DNA from: an uncultured archaeon
Lineage (GTDB): Archaea; Iainarchaeota; Iainarchaeia; Iainarchaeales; JAAZKV01
Reading direction: 5' to 3'
Length of the DNA stretch: 64,000 bases
Assembly (NCBI GenBank): GCA_902385225.1
Contig: CABMEU010000024.1
Location: 5,606-69,605 of the forward strand
The notes beneath the pieces were generated by a model. The model saw only the letters and a list, made by a program, of their open reading frames with translations. It was not told the origin of the DNA and made no database searches. Within the stretch, counting starts at the first letter, position 1; each line of letters begins with the position of its first letter. Shown piece after piece: positions 1 to 10,400 of this stretch. Both the position numbers and the translations under genes were made by a program.

Positions 1-1
1 G

Positions 2-232
2 TTTGTATCCCTCAAAGCCTTTGTATGCTTCCCCGTAGTTATCATAATTTTGTTTCTTTTCAGGGTCCGAAAGAACTGAATAAGCGTGGTTTATTTCCTT
101 AAACTTTTTTTCAGCATCATGTTCTTTTGACACATCGGGGTGATATTTCTTGGCAAGCTCTTTGTATGCACGTTTTATTTCTTCAGGAGCCGCTCCTTTT
201 TTGAGGCCGAGTATTGCATAGTAATCAGTCAT
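2..232 (-). CDS. dnaJ: Chaperone DnaJ, N-terminal part only (runs off the window edge)
   Basis: Manual translation, not in ORF track: [35 protein letters not shown]-domain with HPD motif, downstream of dnaK. Confidence 0.95.
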   Translation of the reverse strand, partial: MTDYYAILGLKKGAAPEEIKRAYKELAKKYHPDVSKEHDAEKKFKEINHAYSVLSDPEKKQNYDNYGEAYKGFEGYK

Positions 233-268
233 TTTGACGCCTCATTTTAATTTTAATGCCAAACTTGT

Positions 269-415
269 TCAGCTTGCGAGCCACATTTCCTGCTGGAAAG
301 GGCGCGGGCTTTTCTTTGCGGGATTTTTTCTCTGCGCAATTTCCTTTCCTTTTGGCGCCTCAAGCTTCTCATTCTTGGCGTACTGCCCGCTTTTTGGTGA
401 TTCTCTTTCTTCCAT
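269..415 (-). CDS. Possible 48-aa hypothetical protein between dnaK and dnaJ
   Basis: Manual translation MEERESPKSGQYAKNEK...QQEMWLAS; fills the intergenic gap, no recognisable motif. Confidence 0.35.
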   Translation of the reverse strand: MEERESPKSGQYAKNEKLEAPKGKEIAQRKNPAKKSPRPFQQEMWLAS

Positions 416-456
416 AACTCTAAAGCGATTCTTGTCGAGAAGTTTGAAAATTATAT

Positions 457-2328
457 TTATTTTTTCTTTCCTTTATCTTCAAACTCTGCGTCAACAACTT
501 TATCCTCTCCACCATTATCCGCGCCGTTGTCTTTATTATTGTTTGCGCCTGCTCCTGCAGCTCCGGATTGTCCCTGGCTTTGGGAGTAGACCTCTTGACC
601 TACTTCCTGCAGAACAGTATTTAGCACATCCATTTTTTCCTTTACTTTCTGTGCATCTTTCTTCTCTCCTTCAAGAGATTTCTTGAGTTCTTCAAGCCCT
701 GAAGTGATTTTTGATTTGTGTTTCTCGCTTATTTTGTCCTTAAGCTCGGTGAGCATTTTTTCTGTTGAGTATACTGTTGCTTCCGCGTTGTTAAAGATTT
801 CAATTTCTTCTTTTACTTTCTTATCTTCATCCGCGTGGGCCTCGGCATCTTTCTTCATTCTCTCAATATCTTCCTCGTTGAGTTTCTGAGAAGCGACAAT
901 TTTGATGCTTGTCTCTTTTCCTGTGCCGTTATCCTTTGCGGTTACATGAACAATTCCGTTCGCGTCAATATCAAATGACACTTCAATTTGCGGCATTCCT
1001 CTTGGCGCCGGGAGTATTCCAATTAACTGGAATCTTCCTAAGGATTTGTTATCCTTTGCTAGGGGTCTTTCTCCCTGCAGTACATGAATATCAACCGCTG
1101 TCTGATTATCCGCGGCTGTTGAGAATACCTGCGATTTCTTTGTCGGGATTGTGGTATTTCTGTCAATTATTTTTGTGAATACCCCTCCGAGTGTTTCTAT
1201 TCCGAGGCTTAGTGGAGTTACATCAAGGAGTAAAACATCCTTTACTTCTCCAGCTAGTACTCCGCCCTGAATTGCCGCGCCCATCGCAACACATTCCATC
1301 GGGTCTATTCCGCGTTCAGGTTCAAGTCCGGTGATTTTTTTCACAAATTCTTGTATTGAAGGCATTCTTGTTGGTCCTCCAACTAAAATTACTTTGTCAA
1401 GTTCTGCCGCAGTCATTTTTGCGTCAGCGAGTGATTGTGTAACTGGTTTTTCGCATCTCTTCACAAGAGGCGCGATTAGTTCCTCAAGTTTTGCTCTTGT
1501 AAGTTTCATTACGAGGTGCTTTGGTCCTTCTGGTGTTGCTGTAATATAGGGCAAGTTAATGTCCGTTTCAAGCACTGTGGAGAGTTCTATTTTTGCTTTC
1601 TCCGCCGCCTCGCGTACTCTTTGCGCAGCCATTGAGTCTTTCATTAAGTCAACGCCCTGTTCCTGTTTAAAATTATCAACAATGTATTTGAGCAAGTACT
1701 CATCCATATCTGTTCCGCCGAGTTGTGTGTCTCCTGAAGTTGATTTTACTTCGAACACTCCTCCGCCCATTTCCATTATTGTTACATCAAGCGTTCCGCC
1801 CCCAAGGTCGAAAACCATTATCTTTGAGTCTTTTCCTTTTTTGTCAAGACCGTATGCGAGCGATGCCGCTGTCGGCTCGTTAATTATTCTTACTACTTCA
1901 AGCCCTGCAATCTGCCCCGCGTCTTTTGTTGCCTGTCTTTGATTGTCATCAAAGTAAGCAGGAACAGTAATTACTGCTTTTTCAACTTTGTCGCCAAGAA
2001 AACTTTCCGCGTCTCTCTTTATTTTTTGGAGTATGAATGCTGACATTTGCTGTGGAGAATATTCTTTGCCGTCTATTTTGTATTTATAATCGGTTCCCAT
2101 TTTTCTTTTTGCTTTTGTGATTGTTTTGTCCGGATTTGTTACTGCCTGTCTTCTTGCGGGTTCTCCGACAAGGAGTTTTCCGTCTTTTCCAAAAGCTATG
2201 TAGCTTGGGAATGCTTTTCCATAAACCGTGTTTCCTTCCGCTGACGGGATTATTTTTGGTTTTCCACCTTCAAGCACAGCTGCTGCGCTGTTTGATGTTC
2301 CTAGATCTATTCCGATTATTTTTGACAT
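457..2328 (-). CDS. dnaK: Chaperone DnaK (Hsp70)
   Basis: [26 protein letters not shown] and DLGGGT motifs; start set at the ATG of MSKII. Confidence 0.98.
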   Translation of the reverse strand: MSKIIGIDLGTSNSAAAVLEGGKPKIIPSAEGNTVYGKAFPSYIAFGKDGKLLVGEPARRQAVTNPDKTITKAKRKMGTDYKYKIDGKEYSPQQMSAFILQKIKRDAESFLGDKVEKAVITVPAYFDDNQRQATKDAGQIAGLEVVRIINEPTAASLAYGLDKKGKDSKIMVFDLGGGTLDVTIMEMGGGVFEVKSTSGDTQLGGTDMDEYLLKYIVDNFKQEQGVDLMKDSMAAQRVREAAEKAKIELSTVLETDINLPYITATPEGPKHLVMKLTRAKLEELIAPLVKRCEKPVTQSLADAKMTAAELDKVILVGGPTRMPSIQEFVKKITGLEPERGIDPMECVAMGAAIQGGVLAGEVKDVLLLDVTPLSLGIETLGGVFTKIIDRNTTIPTKKSQVFSTAADNQTAVDIHVLQGERPLAKDNKSLGRFQLIGILPAPRGMPQIEVSFDIDANGIVHVTAKDNGTGKETSIKIVASQKLNEEDIERMKKDAEAHADEDKKVKEEIEIFNNAEATVYSTEKMLTELKDKISEKHKSKITSGLEELKKSLEGEKKDAQKVKEKMDVLNTVLQEVGQEVYSQSQGQSGAAGAGANNNKDNGADNGGEDKVVDAEFEDKGKKK

Positions 2329-2385
2329 ATTCTCACGCTCCAATTTTCTCCAAATTTTTATTTTTATTACTAAAAATAAATATAA

Positions 2386-3006
2386 TCATTTTTTTTCTTT
2401 GTTATTTTCCTGCGCCGGTTCTTTTTCTTTCTCCAAAACATTCACGCTTACTTTTGCCGCCCTCAATACTTTTCCGTTCAATAAATATCCTGTTAGCATC
2501 ACCTGCGCAACTGAATTGTCAGCGCATTCCGCATTTTTTTCCTGCATTAAGCATTCCATTATATCATGATTGAATTCTTTTCCTTTCTTCGCGTCAATTT
2601 TCGCAAGCCCGTTCTTTTTTAATATTCCAAATAATTGTTCATATACTATCGCCAAGTCTTTGCTGTGAGCCATTCCTGATTCGAGCGCATCAAGCACCGG
2701 AAGCAATTCTTCCATTAGCTTTGCGTTCGCGTATTCTCTGAACACCTCATTTTGTTTTGTGTTTCTCTTTTGATAATTCTCAAATTCGGCCTGAAGTCTC
2801 TGAAGTGTATCCGTGAGTTCCTTCACTTTATCAACCGCAACTTCTTTTTGCGGGGTTTCTTTTTGCTTTGCAAAAATATTTTTTATTCCTTTATGAGTAT
2901 CTTGTGCTTGCGCCCCGTTTTGGGCTGCTGTTTGTTCCTGCGGGGTACTTTCCTTGGCATTGTTTGCCTTGCCATCAATTGCCCCCTCTTTCACATTTTC
3001 AGCCAA
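2386..3006 (-). CDS. grpE: Nucleotide exchange factor GrpE
   Basis: LQRLQAEFENYQKR, LLPVLD and GYLLNGKVLRAAKVSV motifs; directly upstream of dnaK. Confidence 0.95.
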   Translation of the reverse strand: MAENVKEGAIDGKANNAKESTPQEQTAAQNGAQAQDTHKGIKNIFAKQKETPQKEVAVDKVKELTDTLQRLQAEFENYQKRNTKQNEVFREYANAKLMEELLPVLDALESGMAHSKDLAIVYEQLFGILKKNGLAKIDAKKGKEFNHDIMECLMQEKNAECADNSVAQVMLTGYLLNGKVLRAAKVSVNVLEKEKEPAQENNKEKK

Positions 3007-3039
3007 TTAACCCACCAGTGTCATTTGTAAGTATCATAT

Positions 3040-3130
3040 TGTCCTTAGACTCGGTTTAAAAAACAACCCCTTTCTGTCTAAACTATCTGGACAATAAAGT
3101 AATTGTTTAATCAAAACCTTTATAAATACT
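3040..3130. promoter_or_regulatory. Divergent promoter region for grpE and the wHTH gene, with TATA-like boxes and TGTC/GACA inverted repeats
   Basis: TTTAAAAAA near 3055-3063 (minus-strand TATA); TTTATAAAT near 3120-3128; TGTCC-T-TAGAC at 3040-3050; TGTCTA-N7-TGGACA at 3075-3093. Confidence 0.45.
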
Positions 3131-3157
3131 TCTTTCAATAGTATTTCAGCTGGTTTT

Positions 3158-3766
3158 ATGGTCAAATCTAAGCGTTTAAACTCTATTTACCCCGATATTT
3201 ATCGTCCAGAACTCGCAAATACCATAGCTAAAATCACCCAAAAACAGGGTAAAAAGCAATCAAAAAAAGCCAAAAAGAGGGAAATGCCTGGCGAAACTGC
3301 ACCCGAATATGCTTTGCCCATCATGAAGGGCTCGGTGAAACATGTTCCCACTAAACGCTCTCGCTTCAAAGTGGTTGTGAGAAAAGTTGAGCGCCCGTTT
3401 AGAGATGATTTTGAGCACCAGCTCACATGGATTTGCTCCTCGCTTGGTTTTTTTGAGCCAATAGATAAGGAAAAAAATGCTGCGGCAGTTTTTAAGGAAC
3501 TTGTTCTTGCTTCAGAGAAAGGAGTTGCGCTTACTAGCACCGCGCTTGCTGAAAGAATCGGGATGAGCAGGGGGGCTGTGATTAATCACTTGAATAATTT
3601 GCTCCGCTCAGGACTTGTGGAGAAAGCGGGAAGATATTACTCCGCGCGCTCAAGGTCAATGAAGAGAACAATTGAGGAAATTGAGGAAGATGTAGACAGG
3701 ATTTTTACACAGCTAAAACGGGCCGCGGAAGAAATTGATACGCAGATTGGATTCGAGGATGAATAA
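3158..3766 (+). CDS. Winged helix-turn-helix (ArsR/TrmB-like) transcriptional regulator
   Basis: LTSTALAERIGMSRGAVINHLNNLLRSGLVEK helix-turn-helix plus wing and C-terminal coiled coil; true start may be further downstream. Confidence 0.8.
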   Translation: MVKSKRLNSIYPDIYRPELANTIAKITQKQGKKQSKKAKKREMPGETAPEYALPIMKGSVKHVPTKRSRFKVVVRKVERPFRDDFEHQLTWICSSLGFFEPIDKEKNAAAVFKELVLASEKGVALTSTALAERIGMSRGAVINHLNNLLRSGLVEKAGRYYSARSRSMKRTIEEIEEDVDRIFTQLKRAAEEIDTQIGFEDE

Positions 3767-3797
3767 TTTAAATTAAAAAAATTAAGAGCGACCTTGT

Positions 3798-4409
3798 TTA
3801 TTCTTCACGCAAGTGCTTGTCACAATTTAATTCAACAATTTTAACTTTGCCCCCATCAATAATAAATTTTGAAACACCTGTGTTTTTATAATTCATATCC
3901 GCAATTTTTGTGAAATTGTCTTTAGTAAGTTCAAGCAGCAGAGCTTTGGAGACTACTCCGTGAGAGATCACAAGCGCATCTCTATTGGCCTGAATTATTC
4001 TCTTTAGAAATTTTTTTGTGCGAACATGCACTTGCTCCCAACTTTCACCCTTTGGAATAACAAAAGTGTATCTTTCTCTTTCCCGTTTTCTCCACATCGG
4101 TCCGTGCTCTTTGTGCGCCAGAATTTCCTCTCTGGACATTCCATCCACTACCCCAAAATTCATTTCAACCAGGTCATTCTCAATAATAAGTTCTGCGCCA
4201 GGCAAGAGTTTTTTTATTATTTTTGCAGTATTTAGCGCTCTTTTTAGCGGGCTTGAGTATATTATATCAATCTTTTCTTTGCTTAACCTTTTTGCAAGCT
4301 TTCTCGCCTGTTCTTCCCCTTTTTTGGATAAATTATTATCAGATCTTCCCTGCATTAGGAGAAAATCATTCCACGGCGTATGCCCGTGCCTTGTGATAAT
4401 TAACTGCAT
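3798..4409 (-). CDS. Histidine phosphatase (phosphoglycerate mutase family)
   Basis: TRHGHT, SSPLKRA, LVEMNFG, GESW and SHG motifs. Confidence 0.9.
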   Translation of the reverse strand: MQLIITRHGHTPWNDFLLMQGRSDNNLSKKGEEQARKLAKRLSKEKIDIIYSSPLKRALNTAKIIKKLLPGAELIIENDLVEMNFGVVDGMSREEILAHKEHGPMWRKRERERYTFVIPKGESWEQVHVRTKKFLKRIIQANRDALVISHGVVSKALLLELTKDNFTKIADMNYKNTGVSKFIIDGGKVKIVELNCDKHLREE

Positions 4410-4459
4410 AACCAAATTCACTAGAAGAATTAGCCTAAATAATTATTTAATTAGTGCTT

Positions 4460-7400
4460 TTACTGCGAATTTGCTGGAAAGCATTTTGTTAGTGAAGCGC
4501 TGCTGCTTCCTGTTGATGCCGCAAGGTCCCTTATTAAAGTATTGAGATATTTTTGATTCCACCATACTTTGAATCCGCCGTTTTGAGTCGGACCGACGCA
4601 CATCTTCTGCGCTTTCACAGCACCAAGTATTTCTTTTACTGACCCAAAGTAAGGCGCGCGAGAATCAACATAGCTGCTTATTGAGGCTGACTTGCCGTCA
4701 TTGCTTGAGTAGCTGTCTATTTTCACATTCGCCTGGTCCCCAAGGTTTACATTAATTGCGTTTCCAATATAATTTGGAGCGAAGAAAGTTGTTGCGAGTT
4801 TTAAGTATCCCGACTTTGAAGAATCACTCCAGTTCAATTGGCGCTTATTAGTGCTCCCATCGCCAGTGTCAGTATAATACACGGGCTGTTTGTTTGAGAA
4901 GTCAATGCAGAAAGAATTAGTTGTATCAAGATTTGAATCAATGATTCTCCATGTTTTTTGGAAGTTTGAAGTGCTTGTAGAAGGATTAACGAAGTATTCC
5001 GCGTGCACCGCGGATGGCGCCAAACCATTAATAGTAAGTATTACCGGAGTTGGTTTTGTTGAGAGAAGTTTTAATTGCCTTACTCCGTTCTCAACATAGT
5101 ACTCAAGCACAGTGCCGTTATTGAGGCGGGATAAATTAGAGTCAGTTGAAACATTTAGATTCACAAGCGCATGCTGCGGGTCATACTCATAATCAATTAA
5201 TGACTGCGCGCTCTCGGGAATTATCCCGTCCTGAATCTTTAATATCTTCGAAGTCCCGTAGAAAGTTGAAGCGTCCATTCCTCTCCAAGCTAATGTATCC
5301 GTCCCAATTGATGTCTGCCCCACTGGCCCGTCAAACGGAAGCTCATACAAGGGGTTTGCGTACGGAGGGTCTTTTGCGAACTGGAAAGTAATATTTAATT
5401 CAGCAACAGGACCGTTAATTCCCATTATTGCGGGGTCATCCGAATTTTCATATACTGGCTGTATTTCCACTCTGTACATTCCTGCTGAAGATAAATTTGC
5501 TCCGGGCGAAACCGCGCCGCTAGAGTCTCTAGTAAAGAAATGTATTCTTGTTCGTCCCGCGGAGTCTCTTATGAACTGGTCATACCCAAACTCTCTGTCC
5601 CTAAATGTCGTGTCTGCTACTAAGTTGCCGGGGTATGCAGCTTTAAACGCGTCAAGGAAATACTGTGTGTAATTATCTTTCATCAAGTACGCGTAAAATC
5701 CGCTTAGTGTAGGAATTGTAGAGTCCCCTCTTGATAGGGCGTTGTTGAGCATTGGAAGTCTCTTAAATAAGCTCACTGTGAATTGCGCCGCATCGCAATA
5801 ACTATAATTAACATTATTCGAATCGCATTCGTTGTAATTAATCGCATTCCAGTCCCAATTAAATTTTAATCTTGGCGCATAATTCGTCCCTGTGTATCCT
5901 GGCTCTCCGGTTGGAGAGAAACAATTCGCCGCGCCGGCTTTAATCTTTACCCTAAATGTTCTTGATTTTTTCTCAAGCACCCCTGTCTGCGGATTTTTCG
6001 CCCAGTCAGTAACAGTCAAGTCAGAGTAATTTGTATCAAACACGCTTACATTTGTTATATTGAAATCAATGTTTGGGGTTGTCACTCCCTGCTGCGCAAC
6101 TGTTCCTGTGTATTCCGCGCGCACTTCCCCGTTTTGCAAATATACTTTTACTCCGCTTGCTGCGAGTATATTCGCGTACGCTTGAGGAATAGAATACATT
6201 ATTTTTCCTGTCGCGTCATACTCCACAAGCGGGTCGCTTGCGGGTTTTACAGTCCAAGGATGCCCTGTTGTTGTTGATGCTTCAAGCGCTCTCTCAGGAT
6301 TCACAAACGAGGTTGCGTTGCTGCCATAGCTATAGCCGCTTGTCTGCTCGGCCACACTCAGAACTTTGAAGATAGAAGTTGTCGGAAGCCCGTTTGGGGA
6401 AACTATTTGCACATCTCCCACTTTAAGAGGAGTATTATTCACTCTATTCCATTCGCTGTTAGTTGAATAAGAGGACATGTTTGTCCATCTTGCCGCAGGA
6501 ATTGCGCTTGCTGAGAACTCGGATGGAGCAAGATAACTTGTTGAATCCTGATTTGCGCCATTGTTTGGAACTATGTGTATTGTTCCAATAAAAATTGCCC
6601 TTCTCTCTTTTAGCAATTCTTTTTTCATGAGCTCCCCGAACTGGAAGCCAAAAGCGTATTGATTTACATGGTAATGCGCCATTGGTCTTGAAACTTTAAG
6701 ATAAAATACCCCGTTGCCCAGATCCGCACTTTTTACATAAATGCTTTCATTAGCGGCCGGGACAGCCTCAAGACAATATTGGCTTGATTGCTCCGGATTT
6801 GTGTTATTCGCTGGGGGGCAAAGAATAAGAGCTTGCCCGCGTGTTTCATTAATTGTTCCTGTCCAAGCCGGGCCTAAATCAAGCCAGTTCTCAATAGAGG
6901 AACTAACACCCGAGCCTGATTCGGTCGGATTTAATTGCGGTATATTCAGCAAGTTTCCATAGAAGTCAGTTGCCTGTCCGTTTTTCTGTCCCCAAAGAAG
7001 TTCAACATCGGTAGCGTAGGGAAATGGTCTTTCTGAGACAACATTTACTCCGAGCGGATTGCCAAGGGGTATCCACGCGAGTCCTCGGCTGTACATATTA
7101 TCCTGCAGCGCAGAATTGTATGCGTCAGTTAGCGGCTGGCATCCAAGCGGACCGCAGGAACTTGTACTGATATTATTTGAGGCGGCCCAAGAGTTCCACT
7201 GTGCAGAAAGCGAGGGCGCTGCAACAGTTGAGCCGTTTACAACACTTATTCCATTTGCCACAAGCGCGTTTGGGTCCCGCGGGATATCAATATAGGATCC
7301 TTTTCTCAGCGGGTCTCCGGGTGAAGCTTGGTTCTCAGGAGTAACTGGAACAAAGCTTCCAAATGATGCCGAGGATACTTTATTTTCCTGCGGCTCTGCT

Positions 7401-10400
7401 GATACTCCCGGTTCCGGTTTAGCGATTGAGATTCCATTGTAATCCATTGTCGCACAAATATCATTCAAATTAGTTGCAAGCCCATTTTGGATATAATCTG
7501 CGCTGATGTTTCTTGGGAAAATCATATTGTATGCCGCATAGTAGGGGGTGTATATTCCATAATTAATATTTGTAAATACTCCTCCGCATCCCACTACACT
7601 TTCTATCGCCGAGCCGACTACATACACATTCAAGTCAAACGGCGCAATGTACCCTGGTTTTTTCCAGTCAACCGTAACCGAGGAATCCGTATTGCTTGTC
7701 CCTGGTTTTGTCACTGCAAGAACCGGATTAAAAATATCTTTTCGTCCGTCAAAGCAGTTGTTTGTAATTGTTCCGCCCGCGCTCTGCTTTTCCAAAAAAT
7801 TAAAACTTGTTTTATCAATTGTGAAGCAGTTTCTCGCGGTGTTTGTGTCAATCAAATTAAGCTCAAGTTTTCCCGCGTATTCAGAATTTCCTATCGGCTG
7901 CTGGGAGGAATTAAGCGGGGTTATCTTCGCGCTTACTTGGTATATTCCAAGTATTGAATAGTTTGACTGCGAGTATGCTACTATGCGCGCTGGAGAGGAA
8001 TCCGCATCAAGTATTAAGTTTGAAGTGTCAATTGAGATTCCGTTGCTCCTTGGCTCAACCGAGAGGGTTACTGAGGTAAGTCTTCTGCACTCAGGAATTC
8101 CGCTGTCAAGCTGAACTGTGAACTGCATATTTTTTCGCTCGGGGTCATTAATGTTTAAATTAATCGGGTCGCTCTCGGATGTAACCTGAGTATCCCCAAC
8201 TTTTATTATCAGGCAATTTGTGGGGGCGAGCAGGGACGCGGGCATTGCCTCAGTAACAATAACTTCTCTTCTTACGCTTGCTGAGGAATAATTATCGCTG
8301 GCTTCAAAGATTATTTTCGCTCCCTTCTGAACATTTGTGAGATTGAGGCTTGTTATTTGCCTTCCGCCCGCATCAGTTCTTCCCTGCCCCACATACTGTC
8401 TTGGAGTTGTTCCATCAACATACGCTACCCAGTCGGCGGGTGCATTTTCATCCCTGATTCTTGCCATGTTCGCGCTTGGGTCAACAAAATAAGTATTCAC
8501 AATCGCCCCCGGGTATTGAGATTTCTCATAAAGAGTGTTTTCAACACCCGTTGCGTTAAATGAAAGTGTAATTGTTTTTCTGCTTCTTATTAGAAAGTTT
8601 AAGTCTGATTTGTTTCCGGGCGTGTTAGCATATGAAATCACTCCGTTTGCGGAGCGCACTCTTTGAGTAAGCTTGACTATTCTTGATGCGCCTGATGTCG
8701 GAGTAATCTTTTTAGTGGTTAATTTTATGCCCTGATTTGTTGTCTGCCCGAGCGGGAGAAGAGTTATCTCTTTTATTGAGGAAGTTAAATTTGGAAATAT
8801 GCTCAAGAAATTTGAGTCGTCAAGTGTAATATCAGAAGCAAGGTATGCTGTCCCGATATCCTTGTCAGTGGTGTTTCTTACTTTTGTTTGTATATAATAA
8901 TTATAATCAAGCCCCGCGCTGTCATACAATAATTTCTGGGGGTTCTCTATCGGCGCGTAATTTCTCCCGTTCCAGGAGATTTCTGTGTCAAATAAGAACT
9001 GCGGGCAGTCAGAGAAACAGAACTTTTCACCTATGTTAAAATCTTTGTGCTGCACTAGCCCGTACTGTGCGTCAGATTCCGCCTGATAATTTACATACAC
9101 GCTGCCTTTTGCGTTTGCGTCAACTCCCAGCACTAATATTATTGGAATTACCTGCGGTCCCCTTTGCTGGTCATAATTCAAATTTACTTGTTTTGCCTTT
9201 GGATAATCCCCTTGGGCTGCCGAGTAATCAACAAAAAACGGGGCGGCTTTTGTATCTGTTTTTAGTGTAATTGAATTGTCAATTGAATAAGCGTCAGCAA
9301 TATAAATATTCGAATCCCCAGAAATCCCCGCAACTGTATTTTTATCGTCAGGGCTTACTGAGAAGCTTGCGATTGTGTTCATATCGCTCACTTTGTTTAG
9401 CACAAGGTCAAACGCAAGGTAATATCTTCCGCCGGGCATTAATTTATCGGCTGCCGTTACAGCTCCGTTTGAGCTCCCGTCAAATGGATTTGCAGAATAA
9501 ATTTGTCTTAGAATTAGTTGGGTTTCCTTTGTATTAGGAAGCTCGTCTTGTTTTCTCAAATATGCGTTGAATGCTTTTGGATTTGGCGTTCTTGTTACAT
9601 TAACAAGCTGACTTTCGTATTTGAAATAATTATCTATGCGGGCAACCATCTTTATCTGCTTCTCAACCCTAAGTTCAGATGTGGTGCATGCGCCGTTTAC
9701 AGAGAGCACTGTTGAGAGTTTTGTAAAAGTTGTTCCAGTTTTTTCATAAAAATCGCATTCCCCGTTAAGAGCCTGATTATTTTGCGCGTTAAGCAGGAAA
9801 AATTTCAAAACCCCTCTTCCGGTGATTATTTTCACGGTAACAGTTTTATTTATTTCACTAAGCACTATTCCATTAAGTGTGCCGGAGTCTGTGAGATTGT
9901 TCGCGTCAATCCTGTAAGTTCCTGCGGGGAGGTTTGAGAAAGTAACATTCCCGTTTGTATCGGGGCGCTGTGCTCGGTATAATGGAGAAGAAAAGCCGGT
10001 AATGTAAAGCGAGGCGTTTGTTGAAGCGTCTTTTTGGGGCTCGTTTAAGTCATTAATTATCTTTGCAACAAGGCTCACTCCGCCGGAAACCATTGAGACT
10101 TCAACTGGGCCCAGCCTTCTTGGTCTTGGGACCACATCAATTATTTTTATTTCATAAGTCGCGTAATTAACTACGGCTTTGTAATTATAATTTGTGTCCG
10201 AAATAAACGCGGGTTCTATTGTTCCGTCCATTGCGGTGTATCTTGTGAGGAAATTTATGCTGCTGCTCCCGTCTTTTGCTATCTGGTATAATTCAACCTG
10301 CGCGCCGGAGAGCGGAAGAGTTCCGGCGGTTGCTTTTATCTGAATTACGTTCGCGTCCGGCTGGTTTACATCCGGAGTCGGGTCGCTAAAGTAAACGCTC

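Noticed and set aside
234..2573. Plus-strand ORFs opposite dnaK/grpE, and similar antisense ORFs throughout the track
   Set aside because: They are shadow frames of well-supported genes, with S/F/L-rich composition and no motifs.
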